This document shows, piece after piece, positions 20,745-30,189 of a DNA stretch of 64,000 bases. This DNA comes from Burkholderiales bacterium (GTDB taxonomy: Bacteria > Pseudomonadota > Gammaproteobacteria > Burkholderiales > Eutrophovitaceae). The stretch covers positions 1,390-65,389 of the forward strand of contig JAURFP010000003.1 in NCBI GenBank assembly GCA_030834275.1, written 5' to 3'. Both the position numbers and the translations under genes were made by a program. Positions within the stretch are counted from its first letter, which is position 1. Each line of letters opens with the position of its first letter. Below the pieces are notes generated by a model, which saw only the letters and a list, made by a program, of their open reading frames with translations, was not told the origin of the DNA and made no database searches.

Positions 20745-21770
20745 ATGGCTGGAAAATTTCGCATAGGTATCAGTAAGGAGGTTTTGACCAAAGAGGGTGG
20801 AACGATTTTTGGTGAACAAGCGATGCGAGTGTTGGATGATCCAGCAGTTGAATGGGAGATCTTGGAGGATCAAGTCCCAGAGTTACTTCCAGAGCACGCA
20901 GAAAAATTTGATGCTTTTTGTTTGATGACTGCACGCGTTACTCAGAATACCTTATCAACGGAGAATAAAAGGCTAAAGCTCATCGCGCGATTTGGTGTTG
21001 GTTACGACTCTGTGGATGTAGGTGCTTGTACGCATTCGGGCGTAATGCTAACAATTACCCCTGAGGGTGTACGAAGGCCTGTCGCCGCGTCAGTGATGGC
21101 TTATATTCTTGCGCTCGCGCACCGGATGTTTCTAAAGGATCGTCTCGTGCGAGAGGGGCGCTGGCTGGAGAAAGGTAATTACCTCGGTATGGGGTTAATG
21201 GGAAGAACCCTCGGCGTGATTGGTGTGGGGAATATTGGCGAGGAGCTTTTGAGACTTGCAAGACCATTTAACATGCGGCTTCTCGGTACTGATCCAAACG
21301 TCTCTCAAGAATCGGTAAAAGATTTAGAGGTTGAAATGGTGAGTTTAGAGGACTTACTTGAGCAGTCCGATTTTGTATCTGTAAATTGTCTGCTGGATTC
21401 TTCTACTCGAGGCATTATGAGTGATCCGCAGTTTTCTCGAATGAAACCAACTGCGTACTTCATAAATACTTCGAGAGGTCCGGTGGTTGATGAGGCCGCA
21501 CTCATTCGAGCGCTAGAGACAAAAAAAATCATGGGTGCAGCTATTGATGTTTTTGAGAAGGAACCAGTTGAGTTAAATAATCCGCTTCTATCCATGGAGA
21601 ACGTGATCGTCGCGCCTCATGCGATCTGTCATACCGATGAGTGTATGAGGATACTTGGGGAGAAGGCGTTCGAGGCGGCAGTGGGTCTAGCTTATGGAAA
21701 GAAACCGGGTCATTTGGTCAACACTGAAGTGCTTAAGCATGCTGATTGGGTTGGTCGTTGGAAAAATTAA
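20745..21770 (+). CDS. D-isomer-specific 2-hydroxyacid dehydrogenase family protein
   Basis: Carries the NAD motif GVIGVGNIGEEL plus the catalytic-region blocks FINTSRGPVVDE and APHAICHT. The start is chosen at ATG 20745; the longer ORF from 20676 overlaps the previous gene. Confidence 0.85.
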   Translation: MAGKFRIGISKEVLTKEGGTIFGEQAMRVLDDPAVEWEILEDQVPELLPEHAEKFDAFCLMTARVTQNTLSTENKRLKLIARFGVGYDSVDVGACTHSGVMLTITPEGVRRPVAASVMAYILALAHRMFLKDRLVREGRWLEKGNYLGMGLMGRTLGVIGVGNIGEELLRLARPFNMRLLGTDPNVSQESVKDLEVEMVSLEDLLEQSDFVSVNCLLDSSTRGIMSDPQFSRMKPTAYFINTSRGPVVDEAALIRALETKKIMGAAIDVFEKEPVELNNPLLSMENVIVAPHAICHTDECMRILGEKAFEAAVGLAYGKKPGHLVNTEVLKHADWVGRWKN

Positions 21771-21785
21771 TAAGATGAGGTGGGG

Positions 21786-22562
21786 ATGAGGCTAAATTCA
21801 GTCAAACACAGGTTGTTATCTGGTGAGGGCGTGTTCGGGACGTTTGGTTGGGAGTTTTTAGTTCCCGGTTTACCTCAAATTGTAAAAAGCGCAGGTGCAG
21901 AGTTCCTGTTAATCGATATGGAACATGCGGGCACTAGTTACGAGACTCTTAAGCAACAGTGCGCGCTATGCCGAGGGCTAGATCTCGTGCCGATGGCTCG
22001 GGTACCTGCTAATCAGTACCACTATATTTCTAGAGCGCTAGATTTGGGAGCGTTGGGGATTATGGCGCCGATGGTGGGTAGTGCGGCCGAGGCAGAGTTC
22101 ATTGTCTCCTGTACAAAGTATCCTCCAGATGGCAGAAGAGGGGCGGCTTTTGGTTTTGCCTCAGATGATTACGAGGGTGGCAATGTATCAGAGAAGGTAA
22201 AAGTTGCTAATGAACGTACGCTTGTTATGGCGCTGATAGAGACGGAGGAAGGTATCGATAACGTGGAGGAGATAGCGGCAACTGAGGGGATTGATGTTTT
22301 ATGGTTAGGCCATTTTGATTTGACCAACTTTTTAGGTATTCCCGGCCAGTTCGATCATCCAAGATACTTGGACGCCCTAGAAAAAATGGCGAACGCTGCT
22401 AGGCGACATAACAAAGTCCTCGCTTGTATGTCAGCTAACAATGCGTGGAGCACGATCTACTGGGATCGGGGTTTTCGTATGTTCGCGATGGGGGTTGATT
22501 CTATGTTGCTACAAAATGCCCTCCAAGATGGTATCCAGCATCTTTTAGGCCTATCTAAATAA
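21786..22562 (+). CDS. HpcH/HpaI family 2-keto-3-deoxy-acid aldolase
   Basis: About 258 aa with family blocks (LLIDMEHAG, ARVPANQ, PMVGSAAEAE, IETEEGIDNVEEIAATEGIDVLWLGHFDL). The SD GAGGTGGGG lies immediately upstream of ATG 21786. Confidence 0.8.
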   Translation: MRLNSVKHRLLSGEGVFGTFGWEFLVPGLPQIVKSAGAEFLLIDMEHAGTSYETLKQQCALCRGLDLVPMARVPANQYHYISRALDLGALGIMAPMVGSAAEAEFIVSCTKYPPDGRRGAAFGFASDDYEGGNVSEKVKVANERTLVMALIETEEGIDNVEEIAATEGIDVLWLGHFDLTNFLGIPGQFDHPRYLDALEKMANAARRHNKVLACMSANNAWSTIYWDRGFRMFAMGVDSMLLQNALQDGIQHLLGLSK

Positions 22563-22650
22563 CTAATAGAAATAAATATATAAATATATATTCTTTTTAA
22601 TAATATGTGAGAAAGGTGAAAATTCGTGCCCTTGAGTTGAAGGTGTACGA

Positions 22651-23430
22651 ATGGAACTGCTTTTTGTAATTAGTGGCCTCCTGGTGGGCTTTGTAGTCGG
22701 TATATCTGGAGTCGGCGGAGGTTCGCTGATGACTCCTCTGCTTGTCATGGGATTTGGTGTTCCGCCTGCCACTGCTGTTGGAACGGACCTTTTATACGCG
22801 GGTTTCACCAAAATTGGTGGAACCATATTCCGCGGAAAACTCGGATCCGTTAATTGGAAGGTTGCTTTTCTATTGGCGTTGGGTAGCGTTCCAGCGGCGA
22901 TTTTTACTTCCGTTTACTACCTCTCGCCTGTTCAGATTGATAGCGCGTCATCGATTTTAATTACTAAAACTCTAGGGGTGATGTTATGTATTACCGCGAT
23001 AGCCCTAGTTTTTAGAAGTAAGCTTCAAAGGCTTACCCAGGGAATATTTGGTATTAAGCCTGCTGGCCGAAGAGCCCGAATCTTGATCGCTACACTGGGT
23101 CTCGGTGCTGTGTTGGGAATTCTTGTGACGCTCACCTCGGTTGGCGCTGGCGCAATTGGGGTAACCGCACTCCTCGTTCTTTACCCGCATCTGCCAGCGA
23201 ACCACTTAGCTGGAACAGATATCGTTCACGCCGTTCCACTGACCCTTGTAGCGGGACTCAGTCACGCGGTATCGGGATCTGTTGATTATCACTTACTCCT
23301 AACGTTACTGATTGGTTCATTACCGGGCGTTGTTTTGGGTAGCCTTGTGGCTCATCGAATACCGGAGAAGCCGTTACAGTGGGTCATAGGGGTCGTTTTA
23401 TTTTTAGTCGGGCTGAAGCTGTTTTTTTAG
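22651..23430 (+). CDS. TauE/SafE (TSUP) family anion permease
   Basis: 259 aa with about eight TM helices. The N-terminal GISGVGGGSLMTPLLV motif is typical of the TSUP/TauE family. It sits 9 nt upstream of cysI. Confidence 0.8.
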   Translation: MELLFVISGLLVGFVVGISGVGGGSLMTPLLVMGFGVPPATAVGTDLLYAGFTKIGGTIFRGKLGSVNWKVAFLLALGSVPAAIFTSVYYLSPVQIDSASSILITKTLGVMLCITAIALVFRSKLQRLTQGIFGIKPAGRRARILIATLGLGAVLGILVTLTSVGAGAIGVTALLVLYPHLPANHLAGTDIVHAVPLTLVAGLSHAVSGSVDYHLLLTLLIGSLPGVVLGSLVAHRIPEKPLQWVIGVVLFLVGLKLFF

Positions 23431-23439
23431 GATATCGGA

Positions 23440-25095
23440 ATGTATATCTACGGAGAAAATGACCAAAAATTGATTGAGCAAAGAGTCGCTCAATTCAGGG
23501 GGCAAACCGCACGTTTCCTAGCCGGCAAACTGACCGAAGACGACTTTCGTCCATTGCGCCTAAAGAATGGTCTGTATATCCAAAAGCACGCTCCTATGTT
23601 GAGAGTTGCCATACCTTATGGATTGCTTTCTTCGCATCAGCTCCGAGCCCTAGCAAACATTTCAGAAAAGTACGATCGCGGCTATGGTCATTTCACGACG
23701 CGCCAGAATATTCAATTCAATTGGTTAAAGCTTGAGCAAGTTCCAGATGTGCTGGACGATTTATCTAAGGTCGGTATGCATGCGATTCAGACAAGTGGAA
23801 ATTGTATTCGAAATGTGACGACCGATGAATTTGCTGGCTTAGCACCAGATGAGGTTGTTAACCCACTAGTGTGGTGTGAATTGATTAGACAGTGGTCAAC
23901 ACTACACCCAGAGTTTGGCTACCTGCCAAGAAAATTCAAGATTGCAGTGAGTGGTGCCGACACCGACCGTGCCGCGATACGAGTACACGATATTGGTCTT
24001 CTTGCACGAAGGAATGATATTGGTGAGATTGGGTTCTCAGTTTACGTTGGTGGTGGCCTTGGTAGAACTCCAATCGTGGGACAGGTAATCCGAGAATTTC
24101 TCGGTTGGCAGGACTTATTAAGTTATTTAGATGCAATCTTGCGAGTCTACAACCGCTTCGGACGTCGTGATAACAAGTATAAAGCGAGAATTAAAATTCT
24201 TGTAAAAGAGCTTGGATTAGAAAAATTTACAGATGCTGTCGAAGCAGAGTGGTTGATATCGAAGCAGCAAATCAGATCGCTACATGAAGCGGACATCGAA
24301 TCGATAGAGAAGCGTTTTGGTAAGCCCAAGTTCGAAGTGCTATCGAGTCAATCTGTAGCGAATGAGTCATCTGAGGAGTCCCAGCAATTTAAAAATTGGA
24401 AAAAACGAAATGTTTTCCCTCATCGAGTAAACGGATACTCATGTGCAGTGATATCCCTAAAGAAAACGGGGATTGCCCCGGGGGATATTACTCACACGCA
24501 AATGGTTGCCGTGGCTGATTTGGCGGATCAATTTAGCTTTGGAGAGTTACGGGTTACTCACGGACAAAATTTAGTGTTACCGCATGTAAGAACACAGGAC
24601 CTGCAGAGCATCTATCAGGTGCTCGAGAGCATTCATTTGTCGACTGCGAATGTTGGGTTGTTAACCGATATGATTGCGTGCCCGGGTGGTGATTTCTGTT
24701 CGCTTGCTAATGCCGTATCCATCCCAGTGGCAAACGCAATTCAGGAGCGATTCGAATCTCTTGATTATCTCCACGATATCGGGAATTTAGTCCTAAATAT
24801 CTCCGGTTGCATGAATTCGTGCGGTCACCACCATGTAGGGAATATCGGAATTCTCGGAGTCGATAAGGGTGGTGAAGAGTGGTATCAAATTACGATTGGT
24901 GGTCGCCAAGGGCTCGACGCGGCCATAGGCAAGGTAATCGGTAAATCCTTTCCTCGGGATGAAGTTCCGGATGTTATCGAGAAATTGATCCATGTCTATA
25001 TAAAATCTCGCGAATCCTCCGACGAAAATTTTGCTGAAGTGGTGGGACGAGTGGGCCTTGACCCATTTAAGGAGGAGGTTTACGGTGTACATTAG
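23440..25095 (+). CDS. cysI: assimilatory sulfite reductase hemoprotein (nitrite/sulfite reductase family)
   Basis: 551 aa with the siroheme/4Fe-4S cysteine clusters (ACPGGDFCSLA and SGCMNSCGHHHV). The surrounding genes are the cys genes. Confidence 0.9.
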   Translation: MYIYGENDQKLIEQRVAQFRGQTARFLAGKLTEDDFRPLRLKNGLYIQKHAPMLRVAIPYGLLSSHQLRALANISEKYDRGYGHFTTRQNIQFNWLKLEQVPDVLDDLSKVGMHAIQTSGNCIRNVTTDEFAGLAPDEVVNPLVWCELIRQWSTLHPEFGYLPRKFKIAVSGADTDRAAIRVHDIGLLARRNDIGEIGFSVYVGGGLGRTPIVGQVIREFLGWQDLLSYLDAILRVYNRFGRRDNKYKARIKILVKELGLEKFTDAVEAEWLISKQQIRSLHEADIESIEKRFGKPKFEVLSSQSVANESSEESQQFKNWKKRNVFPHRVNGYSCAVISLKKTGIAPGDITHTQMVAVADLADQFSFGELRVTHGQNLVLPHVRTQDLQSIYQVLESIHLSTANVGLLTDMIACPGGDFCSLANAVSIPVANAIQERFESLDYLHDIGNLVLNISGCMNSCGHHHVGNIGILGVDKGGEEWYQITIGGRQGLDAAIGKVIGKSFPRDEVPDVIEKLIHVYIKSRESSDENFAEVVGRVGLDPFKEEVYGVH

Positions 25096-25588
25096 AAATA
25101 GGGAAATCGTTTCCGACACGTGGCGGATCGTCGGGGAGTCTGGGGGGGCACTTGAGGGCGGATTCGTGTTGCTGCCATACTCGAATTGGTTAGACGCGAT
25201 CGCCGAGGCTAAGCTCTCCCCAAAAAATATTGGCGCGTGGCTGGAAACCTCATTTGATTCCTCCGAGCTCGTTCGATTGCCTGATGTGCTAGCCATTCAG
25301 TTTGATCAATTTACGGATGGTCGTGGATATTCTCTGGCAAAGATTATCCGAGGGCGTATAGGTTTTAAGGGTGATCTTTTCGCGATTGGGGATGTTACGA
25401 GAGACCAACTACTGGATTTAGAGAAGTGCGGATTTAATTGCTTCGTTCTAAGGGAGGATCAAGATATTCATGATTCTCTGGAGGCATTCGAAGAGTTTAA
25501 TTTTTCGTACAGAGATTCTTTTGTCCAAAAAGGTAGTGAACTCGAGACTGCTGGATCAAAAAAATTGAGGCACGCCAGTGGACATTAA
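25085..25588 (+). CDS. DUF934 protein (sulfite-reductase-associated, function unknown)
   Basis: Contains the block FTDGRGYSLAKIIRGRIGFKGDLFAIGDVTRDQLLDLEKCGFNCF, typical of DUF934. GTG 25085 is preceded by GGAGGAGG (25071-25078) and overlaps the cysI stop by 11 nt. Confidence 0.7.
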   Translation: MYIRNREIVSDTWRIVGESGGALEGGFVLLPYSNWLDAIAEAKLSPKNIGAWLETSFDSSELVRLPDVLAIQFDQFTDGRGYSLAKIIRGRIGFKGDLFAIGDVTRDQLLDLEKCGFNCFVLREDQDIHDSLEAFEEFNFSYRDSFVQKGSELETAGSKKLRHASGH

Positions 25589-26303
25589 GGGAAAAGTAGA
25601 GTTGGCCATTCAGAACCTTGTTGACTTCAGTCAGCAATATCAACCAGCGGTATTCTCGACTAGCCTAAGCGCAGAGGATATGGTTCTACTAGACCTCATC
25701 GATCTTGCTGCAATCGATGTGGGTGTATTTACTTTGGACACAGGACGTTTGCCACCTCAAACATACGACGTTTTGTCTCAAGCGCAAAAGAAATACAAGC
25801 GACCAATTCAGGTTTTATTTCCAGACACGCAGGAAGTGGAAACATTTTCAATTCAACATGGGGTTAATAGTTTTTATGATTCAAAGGAGCGTCGTAAACA
25901 GTGCTGCAATATACGGAAAGTAAAACCGTTACGTCGTGCGCTAGCAGGAAAAAAACTTTGGATAACGGGGCTGCGCTCTGCTCAGTCGGTTGCGACACGA
26001 TCGGATCTTGAGTTGGTGTCTTGGGACGCGACCAATGAGATCCATAAACTGAACCCGTTGCTTGATTGGAGTACGGAAGAAATCTTTGCCTATGCGAAAT
26101 CGCATGACGTACCCGTTAGTGATTTGTATCGTCAAGGCTACACCAGCATTGGTTGTGCGCCGTGTACAAGGCCAATCCAAGATGGTGAGGATGAGAGAGC
26201 TGGTCGATGGTGGTGGGAAGATGTGGAGAGCAAGGAGTGCGGGTTGCACGTTGATAACCAAGGGCGACTGGTCAGGACTAATCAAGAAACGCTGAGGAAT
26301 TAA
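25578..26303 (+). CDS. cysH: adenylyl-sulfate (APS) reductase, Fe-S type CysH
   Basis: 241 aa of the PAPS/APS reductase family. It has the CC pair (25902-25907), CAPC (26154-26165) and C-terminal KECGLH, the cysteine pattern of [4Fe-4S] APS reductases. Confidence 0.9.
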   Translation: MDIKGKVELAIQNLVDFSQQYQPAVFSTSLSAEDMVLLDLIDLAAIDVGVFTLDTGRLPPQTYDVLSQAQKKYKRPIQVLFPDTQEVETFSIQHGVNSFYDSKERRKQCCNIRKVKPLRRALAGKKLWITGLRSAQSVATRSDLELVSWDATNEIHKLNPLLDWSTEEIFAYAKSHDVPVSDLYRQGYTSIGCAPCTRPIQDGEDERAGRWWWEDVESKECGLHVDNQGRLVRTNQETLRN

Positions 26304-26307
26304 CAGC

Positions 26308-27249
26308 ATGAATGCCGTACTCGAAAAAATCAGAGACTTCGATCAAGCTGCGCGTCAATGGACGCATTTAGATGCATTGGAATCAGAAGCAATTCATATT
26401 CTCCGGGAGATAGGTGCCGAATGTAACAATCCAGCTCTGTTGTTCTCTGGTGGGAAAGACTCTGCCGTGGTATTACACCTCGCGCTAAAGGCATTTTTCC
26501 CTGAGCGGTTACGATTTACTTTGCTACATATCGATACCGAGCATAACTATCCAGAGGTTCTTGATTTTCGCGATCGAATTACAAGGAAATACGATTTAAA
26601 TTTGGTGGTTCGGTCTGTTGGTGACTCTATTCGCCAAGGAAGAGTGCGACTTAGGCATGAGAATGAGCCGAGAAACAAATATCAAACTACGACTTTGCTC
26701 GATGCAATTAGTGAACACGAGTTTGATGTTTGTATTGGTGGTGCTCGTCGAGATGAAGAGAAAGCACGCGCAAAAGAAAGAATATTTTCATTTCGTGACG
26801 AGTTTGGACAATGGGACCCAAAGAATCAACGTCCTGAAATTTGGAATATTTATAACACCCGAGTTGCTCCAGGTGAAAACATTCGAGCATTCCCGATCTC
26901 AAACTGGACTGAGTTGGATGTTTGGGAATACATCCAAAGGGAAGCGATAGAGCTACCTGAAATTTATTTTTCCCACGAGAGGGATGTTGTTATTAGGGGG
27001 GGCGCATTGGTCCCGGTCACCCCATTGACTCCACCTCATCCTGACGACGAAATAAAGCGACTCAGTGTTCGTTTTCGTACTGTGGGGGACATTACCTGTA
27101 CTGCTCCAGTTGAATCAAAAGCGCTGAGCGTTGATGAAATTATTCTAGAGACTGCCCAAACGCAAATCACGGAACGTGGTGCCACTCGATTGGATGACCA
27201 GACCAGCGAGGCGGCTATGGAGCTCCGTAAGAAAGAAGGGTACTTCTGA
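26308..27249 (+). CDS. cysD: sulfate adenylyltransferase subunit 2
   Basis: 313 aa with PP-loop FSGGKDS and highly conserved CysD blocks (RAFPISNWTELDVWEYI, RFRTVGDITCT). Confidence 0.95.
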   Translation: MNAVLEKIRDFDQAARQWTHLDALESEAIHILREIGAECNNPALLFSGGKDSAVVLHLALKAFFPERLRFTLLHIDTEHNYPEVLDFRDRITRKYDLNLVVRSVGDSIRQGRVRLRHENEPRNKYQTTTLLDAISEHEFDVCIGGARRDEEKARAKERIFSFRDEFGQWDPKNQRPEIWNIYNTRVAPGENIRAFPISNWTELDVWEYIQREAIELPEIYFSHERDVVIRGGALVPVTPLTPPHPDDEIKRLSVRFRTVGDITCTAPVESKALSVDEIILETAQTQITERGATRLDDQTSEAAMELRKKEGYF

Positions 27250-28544
27250 TGGCAATCAATAATCCGCAACAAGTATCGGGACTTTTGCGATTTATTACCG
27301 CGGGTAGTGTTGATGATGGCAAGAGCACTCTCATTGGGCGCCTGTTATTTGATAGTAAAAATCTGCAAGTGGATCAGTTGAGTGCGGTAGAGGCGTCATC
27401 AAAAAAACGTGGAATGCAACAAATTGATTTATCCCTGATAACGGACGGCTTGCTTGCCGAGCGCGAACAAGGGATTACGATTGATGTTGCTTACCGATAC
27501 TTTGCGACACCAGCGAGGAAATTCATCGTGGGAGATTCTCCTGGGCATGTGCAGTACACCCGAAATATGGTGACGGCAGCGAGTTCAGCGGATCTCGCGA
27601 TTGTGCTAATTGATGCAGAGAACGGAGTGAAATCTCAGACTCGGCGACATCTTTATCTTGCGCACTGGGTAGGAGTTCCTCACGTGGTATTTGCGGTCAA
27701 TAAAATGGATAAAGTGGGGTTTTCTCAAGAGATTTATCGCATGATTGAGGAGGAGTGCAGTCAGTTAGCGCGCTCAGTAGGGTTTTCGAATATCCATGTT
27801 ATTCCCGTTTCCGCTCTAGAGGGCGATAACATTACCGTGAAGGGTGATCGCCTTCATTGGTACTCCGGTCCGACATTGCTCGAATATCTTGAGAAGGCAC
27901 CTGCTGCTCAGGACACCGAAGTGCAACCGATGAGATTTAGCGTACAGCGTGTAACCCGATTAAATAGAGAAAATATCCGAACGAACTCAGGTTTTGAAGA
28001 CATAGATACGAGAGGCTATCAAGGACTTGTTATCTCAGGACAGCTCAACGTCGGAGACGAAGTGGTTATTCAGCCTGGGGGTTACCGATCTCAGGTCAAA
28101 AAACTTCTCAATGCTTCGGGGAAATTTGTGGAGGCAGTATTTGCACAGGAATCTATCACTGTATTTCTTGAGCAGGATTTAGATATATCAAGAGGTGCTA
28201 TGTTCTCGGATGTCTCTCTAGTGGGTCAGGTCTCTAAAGATTTTGATGCGGAGTTGTGCTGGTTTGATGAGGATCCCTTAGATACAAATCGCACGTATCT
28301 CATTAAACAGACATCAAACGTTGCAAAAGTCCGATTGCAGTCCATTAACCAACTCGTTGATGTTGAGACGTTACAAAAATCTTTACACCCCAGCGGTATG
28401 AAAATGAATGATATTGGACATGTGAGCTTGAAATCGCAAATTCAGCTCTCGTTCGATTCGTTTGAGACAAATCCAGGAACTGGTGCGTTTATTTTAATCG
28501 ATGAGGTCAGCAATAGAACCGTTGCGGCAGGCACCATACGATGA
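27249..28544 (+). CDS. cysN: sulfate adenylyltransferase subunit 1 (GTPase), no APS-kinase domain
   Basis: 431 aa with GTPase motifs GSVDDGKST, DSPGH and NKMD. The length leaves no room for a fused CysC domain. The start overlaps the cysD stop. Confidence 0.93.
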   Translation: MAINNPQQVSGLLRFITAGSVDDGKSTLIGRLLFDSKNLQVDQLSAVEASSKKRGMQQIDLSLITDGLLAEREQGITIDVAYRYFATPARKFIVGDSPGHVQYTRNMVTAASSADLAIVLIDAENGVKSQTRRHLYLAHWVGVPHVVFAVNKMDKVGFSQEIYRMIEEECSQLARSVGFSNIHVIPVSALEGDNITVKGDRLHWYSGPTLLEYLEKAPAAQDTEVQPMRFSVQRVTRLNRENIRTNSGFEDIDTRGYQGLVISGQLNVGDEVVIQPGGYRSQVKKLLNASGKFVEAVFAQESITVFLEQDLDISRGAMFSDVSLVGQVSKDFDAELCWFDEDPLDTNRTYLIKQTSNVAKVRLQSINQLVDVETLQKSLHPSGMKMNDIGHVSLKSQIQLSFDSFETNPGTGAFILIDEVSNRTVAAGTIR

Positions 28545-29350
28545 GTAAATCTCATATGACCGAGTCTACGTCGGAGAAAGTTATGAAGGGAAAGGTCTAC
28601 ATTGTTGGGGCAGGGGCTGGAGCGGTTGATTTGTTAACGCTTCGGGCCGCAAAATTAATTGAAGAGTGCGAGATTTTATTTTATGACGCGCTAGTCAATC
28701 CGGAGATTCTTAAGTTAGCGAAGCATGCGAGGTTAGTTAGCGTGGGTAAAAGATGTGGACATGCATCGACGGCGCAGCGTTTTATCAATCGCTCTTTGCT
28801 GGCGGCGGCAAACAAATATGCAAAAATTGTTCGTCTTAAGGGCGGGGACCCTATGATGTTTGGTAGGGCCCAAGAGGAAATTCAGGCACTTGATGCTGGT
28901 GAGGTCCAATACGAAGTTGTACCAGGGATCAGTGCTGCTTTTGCAGCCAGTGCCGATCTTGGTGTATCTCTAACTCAGAGGGGACAAAGTCGCAGTGTTC
29001 TTTTTGTAACTCCGCGTGTCGGAGAAGGGGAACGTAACCATGAATGGGTACCGGCCGCCTCGTCTGCTGGTACAATTGCGGTTTACATGGCTTCAAAGCA
29101 AGCGGCATCGATTAGAGATGCACTCGTGAGCGCAGGTTACTCGAAAGCGGCTCCGATGGTTTTTGTAGAAAGCGCTTCGTTGTCTGGGCGCCGAATTGTA
29201 CCAACGAGATTGATGGATTTGGAAGAGGCTGCCGAAGAGTTGGGTCAGGGGCCTGCGATTCTGTTGATAGGAGACGTTTACGAGGCGATAGTCGATCGTT
29301 CCATGGAACATCGAAACGAGTACATTGGTCAGTTATTGGCACAAGGTTAA
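28541..29350 (+). CDS. cobA: uroporphyrinogen-III C-methyltransferase (SUMT)
   Basis: 269 aa with VYIVGAGAGAVDLLTLRA, LKGGDPMMFGRAQEE and VVPGISAA. There is no dehydrogenase/ferrochelatase (CysG N-terminal) domain. Confidence 0.9.
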   Translation: MSKSHMTESTSEKVMKGKVYIVGAGAGAVDLLTLRAAKLIEECEILFYDALVNPEILKLAKHARLVSVGKRCGHASTAQRFINRSLLAAANKYAKIVRLKGGDPMMFGRAQEEIQALDAGEVQYEVVPGISAAFAASADLGVSLTQRGQSRSVLFVTPRVGEGERNHEWVPAASSAGTIAVYMASKQAASIRDALVSAGYSKAAPMVFVESASLSGRRIVPTRLMDLEEAAEELGQGPAILLIGDVYEAIVDRSMEHRNEYIGQLLAQG

Positions 29351-29391
29351 GAAAATAATTTTTGAAAGTTTTTAAATATTTGGAATAGTTG

Positions 29392-30165
29392 ATGAGCCAA
29401 GCAGATAAATATACCGCTGAAAAAATAACCGAACTCAAGGGGTGGACTCCACATCTCTTTAGTTTTAAGTTAACGCGATTTTCGGGTTATCGTTTTGTTC
29501 CGGGCCAGTTTGCGCGCCTGGGAATTAAGAAAGAAGATGGAGAGATTGTATGGCGAGCCTATTCAATCGTTTCAGCGAGTTACGATGAGTATCTAGAGTT
29601 TTTTTCAATTGTGGTGCCTGATGGTGAATTTACCACCCGATTAGCGAAACTTCAGGTTGGAGACGAGGTTCTAGTTGAAAAGATGAACTATGGGTTTTTA
29701 ACGACCTCGAGGTTTGAGCAAGGGAAAGATCTTTGGATGCTTTCAACAGGCACTGGGGTGGCTCCGTTCATTAGCATTCTTCAAGAGCTCGAAACATGGG
29801 AAGAATATGAGAATATTGTTCTCGTCTACAGCGTGCGAGAAGAAAAGGAACTTGCTTATGTGGATACGATCGATGGGCTAAAAACGCATGAGTACTTTGG
29901 AGAGTTTTCCCATAAATTAAAGTTTGTTCCTGTTGTGACTAGAGAGAAAGTTGCTGGTGCGCTCAGCGAAAGAATTCCAACTTTGCTTGAGAGTGGCGAG
30001 CTTGAAAGAGAAGTTGGAATCAAATTAGATTCAGAGCGTAGCCGAATTATGATCTGCGGAAATCCAGAGATGGTTGAGGACACTAGAAATTGGTTTACTG
30101 AACGGGGTTATACGGTCAGTCGGCGTTCGAAGCCTGGACATTTGGCACTAGAAAATCTCTGGTAA
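29392..30165 (+). CDS. fpr: ferredoxin-NADP+ reductase (Fpr-type flavodoxin/ferredoxin reductase)
   Basis: About 257 aa with the FAD motif RAYSIVS, NADP motif MLSTGTGVAPF and C-terminal ...LALENLW, typical of bacterial Fpr. Confidence 0.88.
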   Translation: MSQADKYTAEKITELKGWTPHLFSFKLTRFSGYRFVPGQFARLGIKKEDGEIVWRAYSIVSASYDEYLEFFSIVVPDGEFTTRLAKLQVGDEVLVEKMNYGFLTTSRFEQGKDLWMLSTGTGVAPFISILQELETWEEYENIVLVYSVREEKELAYVDTIDGLKTHEYFGEFSHKLKFVPVVTREKVAGALSERIPTLLESGELEREVGIKLDSERSRIMICGNPEMVEDTRNWFTERGYTVSRRSKPGHLALENLW

Positions 30166-30189
30166 TTCGAAATTAGTTAGACCTAAGTT

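Noticed and set aside
22563-22650. AT-rich tract with repeated AAATATATA upstream of tauE, considered as an insertion scar, att site or CRISPR leader
   Set aside because: It contains only two short overlapping copies, with no spacers, flanking direct repeats or integrase. It is most simply an AT-rich promoter/UP-element region for the sulfur cluster.
25031-25084. Longer version of the DUF934 ORF starting at 25031
   Set aside because: It would overlap cysI by 65 nt. GTG 25085 has a strong GGAGGAGG 6 nt upstream and matches the usual family length.
24793-25296. 167-aa minus-strand ORF spanning the cysI/DUF934 junction
   Set aside because: It is antisense to two well-supported, motif-bearing genes. 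Its composition is atypical and it has no start context.
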